Assembly: GCF_009914755.1 (NCBI RefSeq)
Contig: NC_060928.1
Strand: one strand, 5' to 3'
From: the human T2T-CHM13v2.0 reference genome, Homo sapiens
DNA length: 64,000 bases
In this document: in pieces, positions 1 to 13,075 of the stretch
How positions within the stretch are numbered: the first letter of the stretch is position 1
How the letters are laid out: the number at the start of each line of letters is the position of its first letter
The notes under the pieces: generated by a model
Told to the model about the DNA's origin: nothing
Database searches by the model: none
Seen by the model: only the letters and a program-made list of their open reading frames with translations
Translations under genes and position numbers: made by a program

Positions 1-207
1 ATAAATACACCAAAAATGTAACTTTTATGTAATCTTATTCTTTTAAAGAAAGATAACTTGCAAGAAAATAAAATTTAAATGTACACCACTATAAGTTTTT
101 TCATATAAATAAATCAGTGAATGAGCAAGTGCTTAGACAGCCAGTTGAACCTCTGTCAATGGGTTTATCACATCATATTAAAATTGTTTATTTCTTTATT
201 CTTCTAG

Positions 208-305
208 TGCATGTAAGCACTCCATATGTAGGAGCAATATCTTATTTAAATCCCCAGGACCTTATACAATATGGTGCTCAGTAACAATTCTTGAATGAAA
301 CTGAG
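208..305 (+). mobile_element. L2 3' end fragment
   Basis: Degenerate tgtaagc-ctccat...ggtgctcagtaac...ttgaatgaa pattern of the L2 terminus. Confidence 0.55.
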
Positions 306-1975
306 CCATAAAAAGTAGTCTTATTCCTAGAATGCCTCAAGGTTGAGGCAATATCTGCTGGATGTGTTTTTACTTAAAATGAAGATTGAAGAGATGTAGA
401 ATGGTAATAGATAAGGCTATTGGGACATGTACACAAACAAATCTTTACTACATTCAGGCATAGACTATTACTAGACAGGATAAACATTATAGAGTTTCTA
501 TGAAAAACATTTTTATATTTTAAGGAAATATAAAAACTAAAGTGGAATTAAAAAGGAGGATCTGTCTGTAGTGTTTGGTACACGTGGGTATTGACTAAAC
601 AGGAAAGAGACCACGATAGGGAGTAGCGGAGGAACAGGACTTCAAGGTAAGTGTAAGTGGTCTGTCTACAGAAGTAGGAACCAGAGAAGAAAAAATGACT
701 GAGTAATCATGAGTTTAGAGTGAAATGTCATCAGAATTCGTGAGAGTAATAAACCAAGGGAAAATTTCCTTAGTCAAGGCATAATCTAGGAAAGGCATGT
801 TGAGTTACTATTGCTGAGTGATGGTTATGGCACTTTAGGAGGTGCTCCTAGACCTTAAAAGAATTCCCTTTTGGACATTCCATTGAGAGCTCAGTGGCTT
901 ATTTCTGCCCTAAACCCCTTTCATCCTCACCTCTTCCATCTGTAGTTGTCCCAACATTCACAGATCTCTCTGCTATTTTACTTTCAAGTATTAGTGTCAT
1001 GGTTTTCCACCTAAAGTTGGACTCACATAAGAATATCTTTTCTTAGGATCAATTTCCAAGTATGTGCATCAAGCATTTGACTTATCCTGTAGGTCTGGGT
1101 AGACTCTAATTTAATCTGTTCTTCCACTTACAATCCCTGGTTAAAGCTCCAAGTGAGGTTTTGGCTACACAAGCTGATGCTAAAAAAGTGCATTGAGTCT
1201 AAAAGCACCATTGTCAAGTGAGACTGGAAATTCTCATTCTACACATGCCCAATAATCTGTCTTTTGGGTAATTTCTTCCCAACCCACACTCTTTTCTCCA
1301 TCAGCTCTGTGCCTATCCTACTCATAACATGCATATACATAATTGCATTTACCGTACATTTTGATTTGATTTTAAAAAGTAGTAGTGTTTTGTTTGCTTC
1401 AGGTATATCCTTATTCTTTTACTCTTATATGAATAAATGTCACTAGATTTTAATAAATCAAATATCAAAAAACTTTAGTACTCACCCATAGTCTGTGATA
1501 AAATATATTTTGTGGAATGTTTCATCCTTTAAGAAATAGTTTCTCATAAAACTAATATTTCTATCTGCATCTGTGAAAATAATCAAATTTTTCAGACTAT
1601 TAAACTGTGAAACAAAATGTAATTATTTGATGTTCAGCTCCTATTTTCTTAAAAACATATTATAATAAAAGAAATATTAATGCAAGCAAGAGCAAGAATG
1701 AGCCAAGATTTAATACATATTATCACCTAATTTTAAAGTATTTATTGAGTATTTGTTATATATTTAGCATGATGCTAGGCATTATGGAGTCGTGTACGTT
1801 TGAATCCTCCTAATGTGTATGGTTACAGATGTTTGGTAGATTATAAATTTATAGAAATAACTATAGTAAAGGTAGGACAATAAAGAGATGAGGACAGTTA
1901 CTCATAAAACACAAAGACTTTCTTGATGACAAACAGGCATGAACATAGACAGCCTATTTAAAAATAAATAAAAAT

Positions 1976-2304
1976 GGCCGAGTGCAGTAGCTCACGCTTG
2001 TAATTCCAGCACTTTGGAAGGCCAAGGCAGGAGGATACCTTGAGCCCAGAAGTTCAAGACCAACACCTGGGCAACAAAGGGAGACCTCGTCTCTACAAAC
2101 AATTTTAAAAAAAATTATCTAGGTGTAGTGGTACATACCTGTAGTCCCAGCTACTCAGAAGGCTGAGGAGGGAAGATCACTTGAGTCCAGAAGATAGACA
2201 GCAATGTACTCTGTTTGTGCCACTGCGCTCCAGCGGGGGCGACAGAGCAAAACCCTGCCTCAAAAATTAATTAATTAATTAATTAATTAATTAAATTAAA
2301 ATAA
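1976..2304 (+). mobile_element. AluJ, full length, tail converted to (TTAA)n
   Basis: ggccgagtgcagtagctcacgc start, two arms, AluJ-type cttgagcccagaagttcaag, tail aattaattaatt. Confidence 0.92.
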
Positions 2305-2439
2305 AGCAGCTGGTTAAGATAAAACAATTTAACCCCACTTGGAATCAACCAAATGGAAAATATGTTTAAATACACTATTTTTTAAATTGGCCAAAATTTT
2401 AAATTATGTCGTCCAATGGTATGATACAAAGCTATGCTG

Positions 2440-2625
2440 CAGAGCTGTGCTGATAAATGCTTAAGGACTTGCTCTCTGGAGGGAAGTAAAATAACACCTC
2501 CTATTTGTAGCATTTGCTGATTTCTGTTGTGTAAATACTCTCACCGTGGCTGATTGCAAGCTACCAAATACACGTCACTAAACACTCGATTGTGAAGCCA
2601 TGCTTACGATAGGCTTTCCTGAGCC
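2440..2625 (-). mobile_element. MER63-like hAT-Blackjack DNA transposon
   Basis: tttgtagcatttgctgatttctgttgtgtaaatactctcaccgtggctgattgcaagctaccaa is the reverse complement of the MER63 core. Confidence 0.7.
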
Positions 2626-2647
2626 ATGTCCACAAATTTGTATACTG

Positions 2648-2738
2648 AGCAGTTGAGACAGAGAACGTATGATCCACAAAGCCTATAATATGTACTATCT
2701 GACCCCTTACAGAAAAAGTTTGGCAACACTTGATCTAG
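2648..2738 (+). mobile_element. MER58-like hAT-Charlie fragment
   Basis: gagacagagaacgtatgatccacaaagccta...ccccttacagaaaaagtttggcaacacttg. Confidence 0.7.
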
Positions 2739-2874
2739 AAAAGAAAGTTCAAAATTTAAATATTCCATGTTTTTTAAAAAAGTTCTGTGAAATTAGATCT
2801 ATCTAATCATTAGAAAATGTCTTCTGAAAAGCCAAAATGTCTGACTTTACTTCTCTAATTTCCCCAGTCCTTTG

Positions 2875-2907
2875 TGTGAATGTGTGTGTGTGTGTGCACA
2901 TGTGTGC
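2875..2907. repeat. (TG)n microsatellite, imperfect
   Basis: Direct reading. Confidence 0.85.
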
Positions 2908-5229
2908 TTAGTGGTAAATCCACTTAAAAAGTCAAGTCCATGTACTGTTACATCAGAATTGGAAGATAGATATAAAATGCTCTAAATAAAATAGAGATTA
3001 ATTGCAAATTCAAATGCATTAACATTATGTGAATGGCCAATTCAATAACTGATTATGTGAAAAATTAATTGCCTGCTTAAGTGGACAATCACACAAAACC
3101 ACATATCCTGTCTCAGCCCACACAGGTGTTCCATGTCTCCCAGACTTCTCAAATGATTTGGCATTCATATGCCATGGCTAAAAAAGCCAGATGCATATTT
3201 TTAACATTCAATTATCTATTCATTCTATAAACATAATAAATGACAATTTTGTATTGGGAACTATATTAGTATTTAGGAATATAGTAAAGAAAGATAGTCC
3301 TTGACCTCAAAAAGAATGTCTCTCCCCCACTCCCTCCCCGACCATTGTTATATGTTGTAGGACGCATTCCAAAAAGTACACATTCCTAGGGCAATTAGTT
3401 TATGTCTCTGTAATGAAATGGGCAAAGAAATAAAAATGGCTACTGTTACAATTGATACTGAGAAAATGTGGTTTGGCTTGTAAAAATATTTATCAGAGTC
3501 TATTGCTTGTACCCAGAATTGCTCCCAGGATGGTGTGGAAAAAAGAGGTTGAAATTGAAAGGAGCAAATTTATTCTGCACAACTAAGTATATTTAACTTT
3601 GGATTCTACCTGGTGACTTGGGAAGTTATTTCTAAAACTTGGGAAATGGAGATGGAAGTGGATTTTGGTTAGTGTGACGATGAACTCTGGCAGTATGTTG
3701 GGGGGTCTGGAACCAAAAGAAATACATCATGAGTGAGTAATTTCCATATGCAGTCTGACCTAAGTGAGGAATTTCAAAATAACTTGGTACCCAAGTGTAG
3801 TTGGTGTCCACACTATAATGAACCTCCATTGTCTCTAAAGCCTGCTACCCAACACAATAGCCTCATATTTGTGCTTCTTTCGGAAAAGGAGACATGTCCA
3901 CACTTGGGATAAAGCCCTGAGAACCAGGAAGAGACAGGCAGCAGTGGTGATAAGTGATCCAGGACTGACTGCGGAGTGAAAAATGCGCGTACTAGGTGAT
4001 TGTAAGCACCACCAGGCAGGAATCATCATAAACACCAGAAATGGCACTGGACTCCTCAGATTGTGTGAGATGGAGACTTGAATTATTTTATTGGACATAA
4101 AAGAATACTTGGAGACTTGGAAACTTTCAGCTTATTATCATAAACCTGATTTTTGTTTTACATTATGCTTACTTACATCACATCAATCTCCTTCAGTGGG
4201 ATACAAGCACATGTCATATTTATCTTTATATTCCTCCTGTACCAAGCTTAGTGCATTATAGAGTAGGGGCTCATTAAATTAAGCAGAAAAAGAATTTCAA
4301 AATCAGAAAGAAGAGATGATCTTAGCTTCACCATAGAAGCAATATAGAATTGACTGAGGGCTAAACTACTTTTGTCTAGTTGGGTGTCCCCAGCTAAAAT
4401 AGTGACTCTAGAGTTAAGACTGGAGAAGTTTGGGAAGTGTGAATGTTGGAGAGGAGAAGTTAGATAGGACTTTTCTGTAGCAAAACCTCAAGCTAGGAAA
4501 ACAAATGTTTTTAAGAGGAGAATATATTTGCCTGTTAGGTAAAGAGAAAAAAGGTGTCCCTAATGTAAATTTGATTTATTCTGTGGATCACACACAATAT
4601 GGGCCAGAAATTTCTAAACATAGCAATACAATAAAAATCACTAAAAACAGATTTTTTTTAGGTTTATTAAAAGCATATGCCCATGTTCAACCTCATGGGA
4701 TTCTGATATCCTTGGTCTGGGTGAAAGACTAATATCTATACTTTTACTGTATTTCCCACAACCCGTTAAAATTCTAGAGGAAATTTCCTACTCCTATTGG
4801 TCTTTCTAACTTGAGGTCTGGCATGTTTACTGAATTAATTAACAATGTGCTCACCATGCAAAATTGCTCTCTTGCCTTCATAAATTAGAAATTTGTCAAT
4901 AAAAGTATTTTAATGCAACCTATTTCTCACTTTGTTTTGCTTTAAATGAATTCTCATAATACCAGATACTATATATATCAAATACACTTCTCATTCTGCT
5001 CAATAAGTAGAAAACTTAGAGAATGGCTAAAATAAGGCTCTAGGCTAGGAAAAAGACATAGCAAAAAAAAAAAAAAAAAGAAAAAGAAAAAAGAGTACTG
5101 AATAAACACGTTTTTATTATGTTATCAATGGCCAAGATGATATTGAAAGCACATGTAACAGTAAATATTATTTTCATGCTTCAGATTTCCAATCTACAGT
5201 CATGTTCTTGCACTTACTTTGAATACTAT

Positions 5230-5330
5230 GGTAGATGGATGGATGGATGACAGATAGATAGATAGATATAGATAGATAGACATACAGATTCATAGATGAG
5301 ACATAGATAATAGTTCAATAATAGGTAGAT
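5230..5330. repeat. (TGGA)n/(GATA)n degenerate tetranucleotide tract
   Basis: atggatggatgg...gatagatagatagata. Confidence 0.85.
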
Positions 5331-5617
5331 GTATAAACATAGAGAGGTGGCTGGAGATAAAGATGGAGTTTTTTCTTAAAGTGAGAAATCTTGGAATTTA
5401 AGAAATGCCACACAAAAATACAAAAGAGAAAGGGAAATAAAGATTTCTTTCAATGTAAATTTTTCATTTGCTGTTTTACCTTAAAAATAATAATGTCAAT
5501 TTCTGTCACATCGTCATGTGATTATATAATGAAGTTGGTTTCAGTATTGTCATTCATCTGTCCTAATTTCAGGTATCAGATGTATTAAGCAGTTCCAACT
5601 GAGAGTGTAACAATACC

Positions 5618-6460
5618 TTTTTAAAACCGTATTATAGATTCAGTGGGTACATGTGCAGATTTGTTGCATGGGTAGGGTTTGGGCTTCTAGTGAGGCCATC
5701 ACCCAGATAGTGAACCTAGTACACAATAGGTAGTTTTTCAACTATCATCCCCCTATTTCAATTCACTCCCCCTTTTGGAGTTCCCATTGACTATTATTTC
5801 CATCTTTATGACCATGTGTACCCACTATTTAGCTTCCACTTATAAGTGAGAACATGTGGTATTTGATTTTCTGTGTTATTTCACTTAGGATAATGGCCTC
5901 CAGTCCAGCCATGTTATTGCAAAGGACATGATTTCATTCTAAGTACTCCGTGGTGTATATGTACCACATTTTCTTTATCCAATCCACCATTGATGGGTGC
6001 ATAGGTTGACTCCATAACTTTGCTATTGTGAATAGTGCTTTGATAAACATATGAGTGTAAGTGTCTTTTAGATAACAAAAAATCATTTTCTTTTAGGTGG
6101 ATGTCTAGCAGTCAGATTGCTGGGTCAAATGGTAGTTCTGTTTTTAGTTCTTTGAGAAATCACTCAAAGAACTGTTTTCCAAAGGGGTTGAACTATTTTA
6201 CATTCCTACCAACAGTGTATAAGCGTTCCCTTTTCTAGTCATTGTTGTCAATGTCTTTATTTTTTGACTTTTTAATAATAGCCATTCTGATTGGTGTGAA
6301 ATGGTATTTCATTGTGGTTTTAACTTGCATTTCCCTAATGATTAGTGATGTTGAGCTGTTTTTCATTTTGTTGGCAACCTGTATGCCTTCTTTTGAGAAG
6401 TGTTTGTTCATGTCCTTTGCCCACTTTTTAACAGTTATTTGTTTTTTTCTTGTTGCTTGG
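5618..6460 (-). mobile_element. 5'-truncated L1 (L1PB/L1MA-type) 3' end with ORF2 C-terminal remnant
   Basis: L1 3'UTR motifs (gggtacatgtgcagatttgtt, cacttataagtgagaacatg); ORF 6235..6477(-) [21 protein letters not shown]...[26 protein letters not shown] matches the L1 ORF2p C-terminus. Confidence 0.93.
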
Positions 6461-6752
6461 TAACAGTACACTTTCAAAGACAGTTAAGAAGACATAAAAA
6501 TTGTTGCAAAGCTCCTTTTCTTATAGTAGGCAGCATAGAAGTTTGGAGTCCACTCGCTACCTACAAATGTTGTGACTTAAGGGTGCCGATTATTTGAAAC
6601 TATTAAGAGGGAGAAAAAATCTATCCCTCCCCCTTCTCCCATTGAAAGAGCACAATCCTAGGATAGGTGTGCTGACACTATCCCAAAGCTTTCAAAATTG
6701 TTCATATATCATCACCTGGTTTCCTTATTACACATTGTACACTCTTAGTTTT

Positions 6753-6753
<1 letters not shown>

Positions 6754-6785
<32 letters not shown>
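6754..6785. repeat. (CA)n microsatellite
   Basis: Direct reading. Confidence 0.95.
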
Positions 6786-6787
<2 letters not shown>

Positions 6788-7261
6788 CTGGTTCTGGAAA
6801 AAGAATGTATTTCATAACTGTAGTTTGCTTTCCATGAAAACCACTATAAAATCAAAGGTATATTTTGCAAATGAGGGCATATTAAACTTGAGAACATATT
6901 GCATTTATGCCCCCAAATTTTAGTTTATGCTGTAAGCTTAGATCTAGAGAGAAAGGAAGTTCCGTGGAAGTCAAGAAAAGAACTAGGGGAAAGAGTGAGA
7001 TCGAGATTATGTCTACTGTGCACTTACACCAGGTGCCATTAATTTAGCAAGTTATTAGGCAATCCAAAGGTCACAGCTGTTCCATTACTTCTTGCAGTTC
7101 CCATACAGTCAAAAGGATACTGCCCTGTCCTTGCTAGATTAATGAAAACCGACTAAGATCAGAAAAGTAATAAGTTGAAAGAAGATAATTCAGACAGCTC
7201 TAAAAGTTACCAGTAGGCCCTGTATTGCCATTTTCCCAGAGAAAGAGGATAACTACTTTCT

Positions 7262-7455
7262 AGGGGTGCTGGAGCCTGCTCTTGTGGACTCACTAGAGCC
7301 TATTAATAAATGTTCAGGAATTTTGTGAGCCAGGTATTACATTGTTGGTCATTTGTAATTGGCCATAGTGGGAGTATGCACAAAACAGAAAGCAGAGAAT
7401 GCTACAAATCAGGGCCTTTCATTCCCCCTGAGGGCCTATATATTTACCCAGCACA
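7262..7455 (+). mobile_element. MER63A-like hAT-Blackjack element
   Basis: gtgctggagcc...ttcaggaattttgtgagcc...ggccatagtgggagtat...gctacaaatcagggc...tttacccagcaca. Confidence 0.72.
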
Positions 7456-7799
7456 TACAAAAATATATCATGGTAGAATGTTTACATTTTTGAAAGATGT
7501 AAAAATAACTATTTTGTTGAAAAATGTTTACTTTTAGGCAACTGTTTCTCTTTGTCAAAATTCATAAACCTATGTCTTCATTTTTAGAAATGATCTAGAA
7601 AACACTTGCAACTCTATTAATGAGAAAGTATTAATTATCTTTAAAGTAATATTTGGGATTAAAAAATAAATTGACCTAATTTTAACCTAGCCCAATCAAC
7701 CCAATGTCATTTGAAAATATTTGCTTTTCAGTATTTCCAGGGACACAGAGAGTGTTCTTTCCCTAAACCAAACTATTGACCTAAATTTAAAATTAAATT

Positions 7800-7828
7800 A
7801 CACACACACACACACGCATACACACACA
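7800..7828. repeat. (CA)n microsatellite, interrupted
   Basis: Direct reading. Confidence 0.9.
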
Positions 7829-8454
7829 TGGGTGTGCATGCAGGCACTAAAGAAGGCCACATTGTTCCAATCCAAATACAGTGATTATCATCCACAAAGA
7901 AGACACCCCTTGGGGTGTCTGAAATTTACAGGGAAGACAGCTGAGCTCCCAGCAGGCATAACCCATCTGAAGATGTCTTCCTACAAATATCACAGGTACA
8001 AAACAATATTGCCTCGCTGTTGAAATTTGACTGCCTGCTGCAATGAAAACACAGGCCTCTGTGAACACTGAATTGAGGATAAAGGACAAAATGTTTAAGT
8101 TTATTATACTTTTTATACGTGGATGTTTTGAGACAAAATTATAAAGTTTTTTAAACAAAAATATTTTAAAGCATTGAATTGAGTCCAAATATAGAAAGAA
8201 ATAGGTCATGAATATCACAGTTTACGTTTATAATTTTTATAAATATTAAAGAACACATATCTTAGGAACATAATGATTTTTATACAATCATTTCTCATAT
8301 TAATAATTAACTTGATCTCAGTTAATCTGGTATGTCAAGTCAATCTATGCACTGTATCAGGAGAAGACTACAGCCAACAATATTAGATAAATGGAATATA
8401 CACTTAGTGTATGTTCTATAGGGAGAAAAAGCCTTTATAAAGCTTAAGACTCTT

Positions 8455-8757
<303 letters not shown>

Positions 8758-9069
8758 AAGCTTAAGACTCTTGAATCAAATATTAGTAGCAACTTAAAGC
8801 AAAATTGTTTTGCTAAGCATAAGCAATGAGAATGCCTGCTCACCAGGAACTCAAATATATTTCAATACATTTATTTTGTTATTTATTTATAGAAATAAAT
8901 GACGGCATTGAAGATAAAAGTAATTGTGGATAATATATCTCTATTTCAGTTTTCCTTTTAACTATGAATTACTTTTAAACAATGAATATATTTAATTTAA
9001 CTCAATTTTAGTTTGGTCATGAATGCTAAATATCCATATCTGAAAGTCTGCTCTAATATGTATTCATTT

Positions 9070-9490
9070 CTTTGCTGTTCCTTAAATACTTGGATTATTC
9101 TCCCACCTCAGGGTGCTTGCATCTACTATTTTCTCTGTCTGGAATGTTCTCTCTGACATCAGGGTGGTTTATTCTCTCACTTGCCCTATGCCTTTTCTTA
9201 AGTATCACACTGTTAGTGAGTCCTTCCAATGTGAAAGAGCAAATTATGCTTGTTTCCTCCATCCACATTTCATATTTCTCTTATCATTTCTCCACAGCAC
9301 TTACTACCAACATACACACACACACACACACACATATACTTTTAAAATTTTATACATACAGACATATATATATGCTTTTTTAAATTCTATTGTCATAAAA
9401 GCAGGATTATTAGCTATTTTATTCACCACTAAATCTTGAGCACCTAAAGTGATACCCACATGTAGTGATAGCTCAGTTAATGAATCTTAA
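9070..9490 (+). mobile_element. L2 3' region with internal (CA)n
   Basis: cccacctcagggtgcttgcatct...ctgtctggaatgttct; attcaccactaaatc...gcacctaaag...gctcagttaatgaat. Confidence 0.7.
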
Positions 9491-9989
9491 CAGGGTCAGA
9501 AGCAACTCGAATGTTCTCTGATAGCTTCAGCATTACTTAATGGCAAAATCACAGCCATAACCAGAATTAGTACCAAAAAATTCTTCTGTTTAAATACAGT
9601 AAACAAGATTTCTGCATAATCCTGTTATGGAATCTATATAATTGTATCGTTCTATATAAAGAAAAAAGGGTTATTATAGCACCAAAGGAAAGCCATTTAC
9701 AATTTTATTCCCCGAAGAATGCAAACTGTAAGAGAACAAAAAGCTCTATGACCAAAACTTTACCAAGGTGGAGAAAGTATATAGCTAAATCAACAGAATG
9801 TTATAAATATTAAATTTATTTTTATATTAGCAAAGAAATTATTATTTTACAAGTGAAAATTATACACCAATCTATAGCTTGAGACTCCATAATTTAAAGG
9901 CAGGTCACCTATACATGTAGCCCACAGTAATCACTGGGAATTTTTGCTTCTCACTGACTTGAACTTCTGAATTGGATAATAAACATCTC

Positions 9990-10115
9990 TATGAGATAAG
10001 AATAATCACGATTACTGGAGCACTCTCTATGTTCCAGGAGCTGTGCTTGCACTGGCCACTGTCCCAAAACAATTCTACAAAGTAGGTATTACTTTCCCAT
10101 TTTTATAGATTAAAA
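9990..10115 (-). mobile_element. MIR fragment
   Basis: aacaattctacaaagtaggtattactttcccatttttatagat. Confidence 0.65.
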
Positions 10116-10289
10116 AAAAGAGAGAGCTACTAGAATTTTTGCGCTGAATTAATATTGAAGTTATCAGAGGGCATTTGGGTACCTTCTGACCTTGTGGTTA
10201 CATTAATTCTTTTAAGATTTATTAATTGAGAAACCATTACATGCAGACATTGCTTAGGGACTTAGCAATGAATAAAAGAGGTAATGATC

Positions 10290-11030
10290 CTGATACAAAT
10301 AAGTGATTTAATTAATAAATAAGTGGGTGGAGAAGTGCCAAATATCCTTTACAGAAAAATTCTGAATTATCTATGTAAATATTCTCTCTAAGGATTTGAA
10401 TCTTAACTCTTATTCATTGATTGTAGACTAAGTGTATTGGCTTATTGATTTGCTTCTAAGGAGTAGAGTGTGGAAAGTGAGGAGAGGAGAAAGAGTAACT
10501 TTACAGTGGAGAAACCTGGCAACACTAACTCAGCTAGGTGATCAAGGTCAACATTATTAGTGATGTCATGCCAATAACAAGTGCGCTTGACATGGTGAGA
10601 TGAGAATGGCATCTCACCTTTGTGATCTTCCTCCTCAAAATACATAACCCTGGTCTAATTATGAGAAAAGCTTTAGATAAATCCAAATTGAAGGACAGTG
10701 TACAAAATACCTGTCCAGTACTCAACACTGTCAAGGTCATCAAAAACAAGGAAAGCCAGAGAAACTGTCACACAGGAAACAAAGGAGATTTGATAGCTAA
10801 ATGTAGTGTGGTATGCTGGATCAGATCCTTGAACAGAAAAATGGCATTAGGGAATAATTAGGAAAATCTAAATAAAGTATAGAGTTGAGTTAATAATAAT
10901 GTATGTTAGTTGTAAAAATGCACCATAGTAACATAAAATATTAACAATAGGAGAAACTGGGAAAGGAGTAGACAGGAACTCTCTGTAATATCTAGCAACT
11001 TTTCTGTGAGTCTAAAACTATTTAAATGCT
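10290..11030 (+). mobile_element. Ancient L1 (L1MC-type) 3'UTR
   Basis: gtaactttacagtggagaaacctggcaa...ggtgatcaaggtcaacat; ends ggaactctctgtaatatct...caacttttctgtgagtctaaaactatt. Confidence 0.85.
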
Positions 11031-11048
11031 TTTTAAAAATATATACTT

Positions 11049-11079
11049 ACACACACACATACACACACACACACACACA
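11049..11079. repeat. (CA)n microsatellite
   Basis: Direct reading. Confidence 0.9.
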
Positions 11080-12859
11080 TTCAGCCTCTTAAACAAAAAT
11101 GCAAAGAGGACATGCCCCCATTTCTGACCAAGCACATTTACTACTCTCCTAACAAAAAAAATGAGGCAAAATGGACCCCAAGATATTCAAACTGGAACCA
11201 CCATGGAGGATAGTGTTTTACCTTGGATGAGTGAGGATGGCTTTACCGGCTAAGCATAAGAGAGAGACTGTAGAGTATAATTACCTGGATGAAAGATTTG
11301 GGGTTTTCTAATTTCAGGGATGGATGGGAGCTTCAAAATCTCAGCTTAACATTAGAACGTCAGGGAAGCTTTCTTTCTTGTGCGTGAGAAAAGGCTCATT
11401 AAGAATTTCTGTTACTGGAGGTGAAAATCAGAAGGGGTTACTTTGGAGATATTGGAAGTAGTCTACAAAATAAGCCAGCTATGGGAGCAGTAAACCACAG
11501 GAAAACAATTGCCAGAGATGCCTTTAGGGTGCAGGGGCAGAAAAGCTTATCTGCTCAGTGGAATGTGATCGAGTAGTCTGAGGGATTGATTCCTGACTGG
11601 GGAGACCAAGGCACCAAAGGCTCTGGTCTCCAAAGTGCCATATGAGCATTGTAGGCCTCAGGTTTAAGAGGTTTTGCCGTTGTAATTAAATATCAAAAAA
11701 CGCATGAACAATGTTTGCTAGTTACAGTATGTTTTTCCCTTTGTGGAACAAGCTAGTGAACTTTTATCCCCTCATAATATAAATTTGCAATCTATGTTCC
11801 TGAAACCTTGAATGTAAAGATTCATATATAATTCTCAATTTAAGAGAAGCCCAAACATGGAAATGGGTTATGCAAAGCAGTATTATAAAGAGTAAATTCA
11901 ATTTTTGCCTTGATTATTTTGTGTCTCTTGCCATGTCTACACTGATCAAAAGAAAAAGTGGAACTTCTTTTTTCTTTTTTCTTTCAAAATAAACTTTGTC
12001 CTTCTGAAAAAGAGACACACACTTCAGGCAAAATAAAAATAGGTACCTTTCTTTTGGGCACTGGCCATTTACTGCTCTTACGTATGATTGCCTTTCTCAG
12101 GTGTAATAATTTATTGCCTATTAGTTCACTATTGTGCAGGATCACTTTTCTCCCTTTGGGTGCATGGGTAACTCCATTAGTGGTAATGAACTGTGTCGTG
12201 GGTAATCACACCATTAAAACCTATCTACCTTAAACCCCAAAGCTTGAAACCCTCTCAGCTGTCAGTCCGGCAAAGAGAAAAAGAGCAATGACCTGCAAAG
12301 GTAGAGACCTGAGAACCTCTGGAGATATTAAGTTTAAGCTTAATAGTGAGTCATTAATAAATAAGATGCAGTATAATTATCAATATGAAGCACATTTAAT
12401 AATTAATACCTTGCAAACAAAAAAGAAATGAAATACCGAGTGGAATTAGACAGAGGTTATATTCAGTTCCCCTTGACAATCCTGACTTGAAGGAGAATTC
12501 ACAAACTGTTTAAAATTATGAAAGAGCCATTTCCCCAAAGCTCAAGAAGTGAAGCCACTTAGTAAATAGGATTCTTAACACTCATCTATCTGCGCTCTTA
12601 CAAACTTTACCCATACTCGACTCTAAATGTACCACTCCTCTCATTTAATTACAACTTTTCATCTTTCAATTAAATATAAAAATGTTCGGTGTATGTGTGT
12701 GATTAATAAAAACAAGTGACAAATGTAGCTGAAATATAGCCTCTTTCATCTCTCATTTTTATGACATGGGATTCTTAGAATGGAACTTGCTGGCAGTAAC
12801 TTCCAGTTTCTACTCACAATCCCAATTTTTGATAACCTATACTTTGTTGAGTAAGGGAA

Positions 12860-13075
12860 GAGAGCTAATATTTATTGAGCATTCACCAAAACAGATTAAT
12901 TTTGCAATGGTTACCTTATGTAATTATCTAAACAAGCCTATGTAATTAAGCTTATTAACCTCAATTTTAGACCAGAAATTTGAGGCTAAGAGAGGCAAAA
13001 TCACTTTCTCCAAGATTACAAGTAGTAGATTGACAATTTCATTCCTGACCTTTCTGATTCTTAAGCCTGCAGTTT
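12860..13075 (-). mobile_element. MIR
   Basis: agctaatatttattgagc...tgaggctaagagaggcaaaatcactttctccaagattaca. Confidence 0.75.

Noticed and set aside
3632-4098. Two adjacent minus-strand ORFs as a possible processed pseudogene or exon
   Set aside because: No recognisable homology, poly(A) tail or TSD; tBLASTx would be needed to reopen this
2440-7455. Two oppositely oriented MER63 copies as ends of one large transposon
   Set aside because: Each looks like an independent short element and there is no transposase between them
11170-11690. Possible ancient LTR
   Set aside because: Composition is suggestive but I could not identify ends, TSD or family
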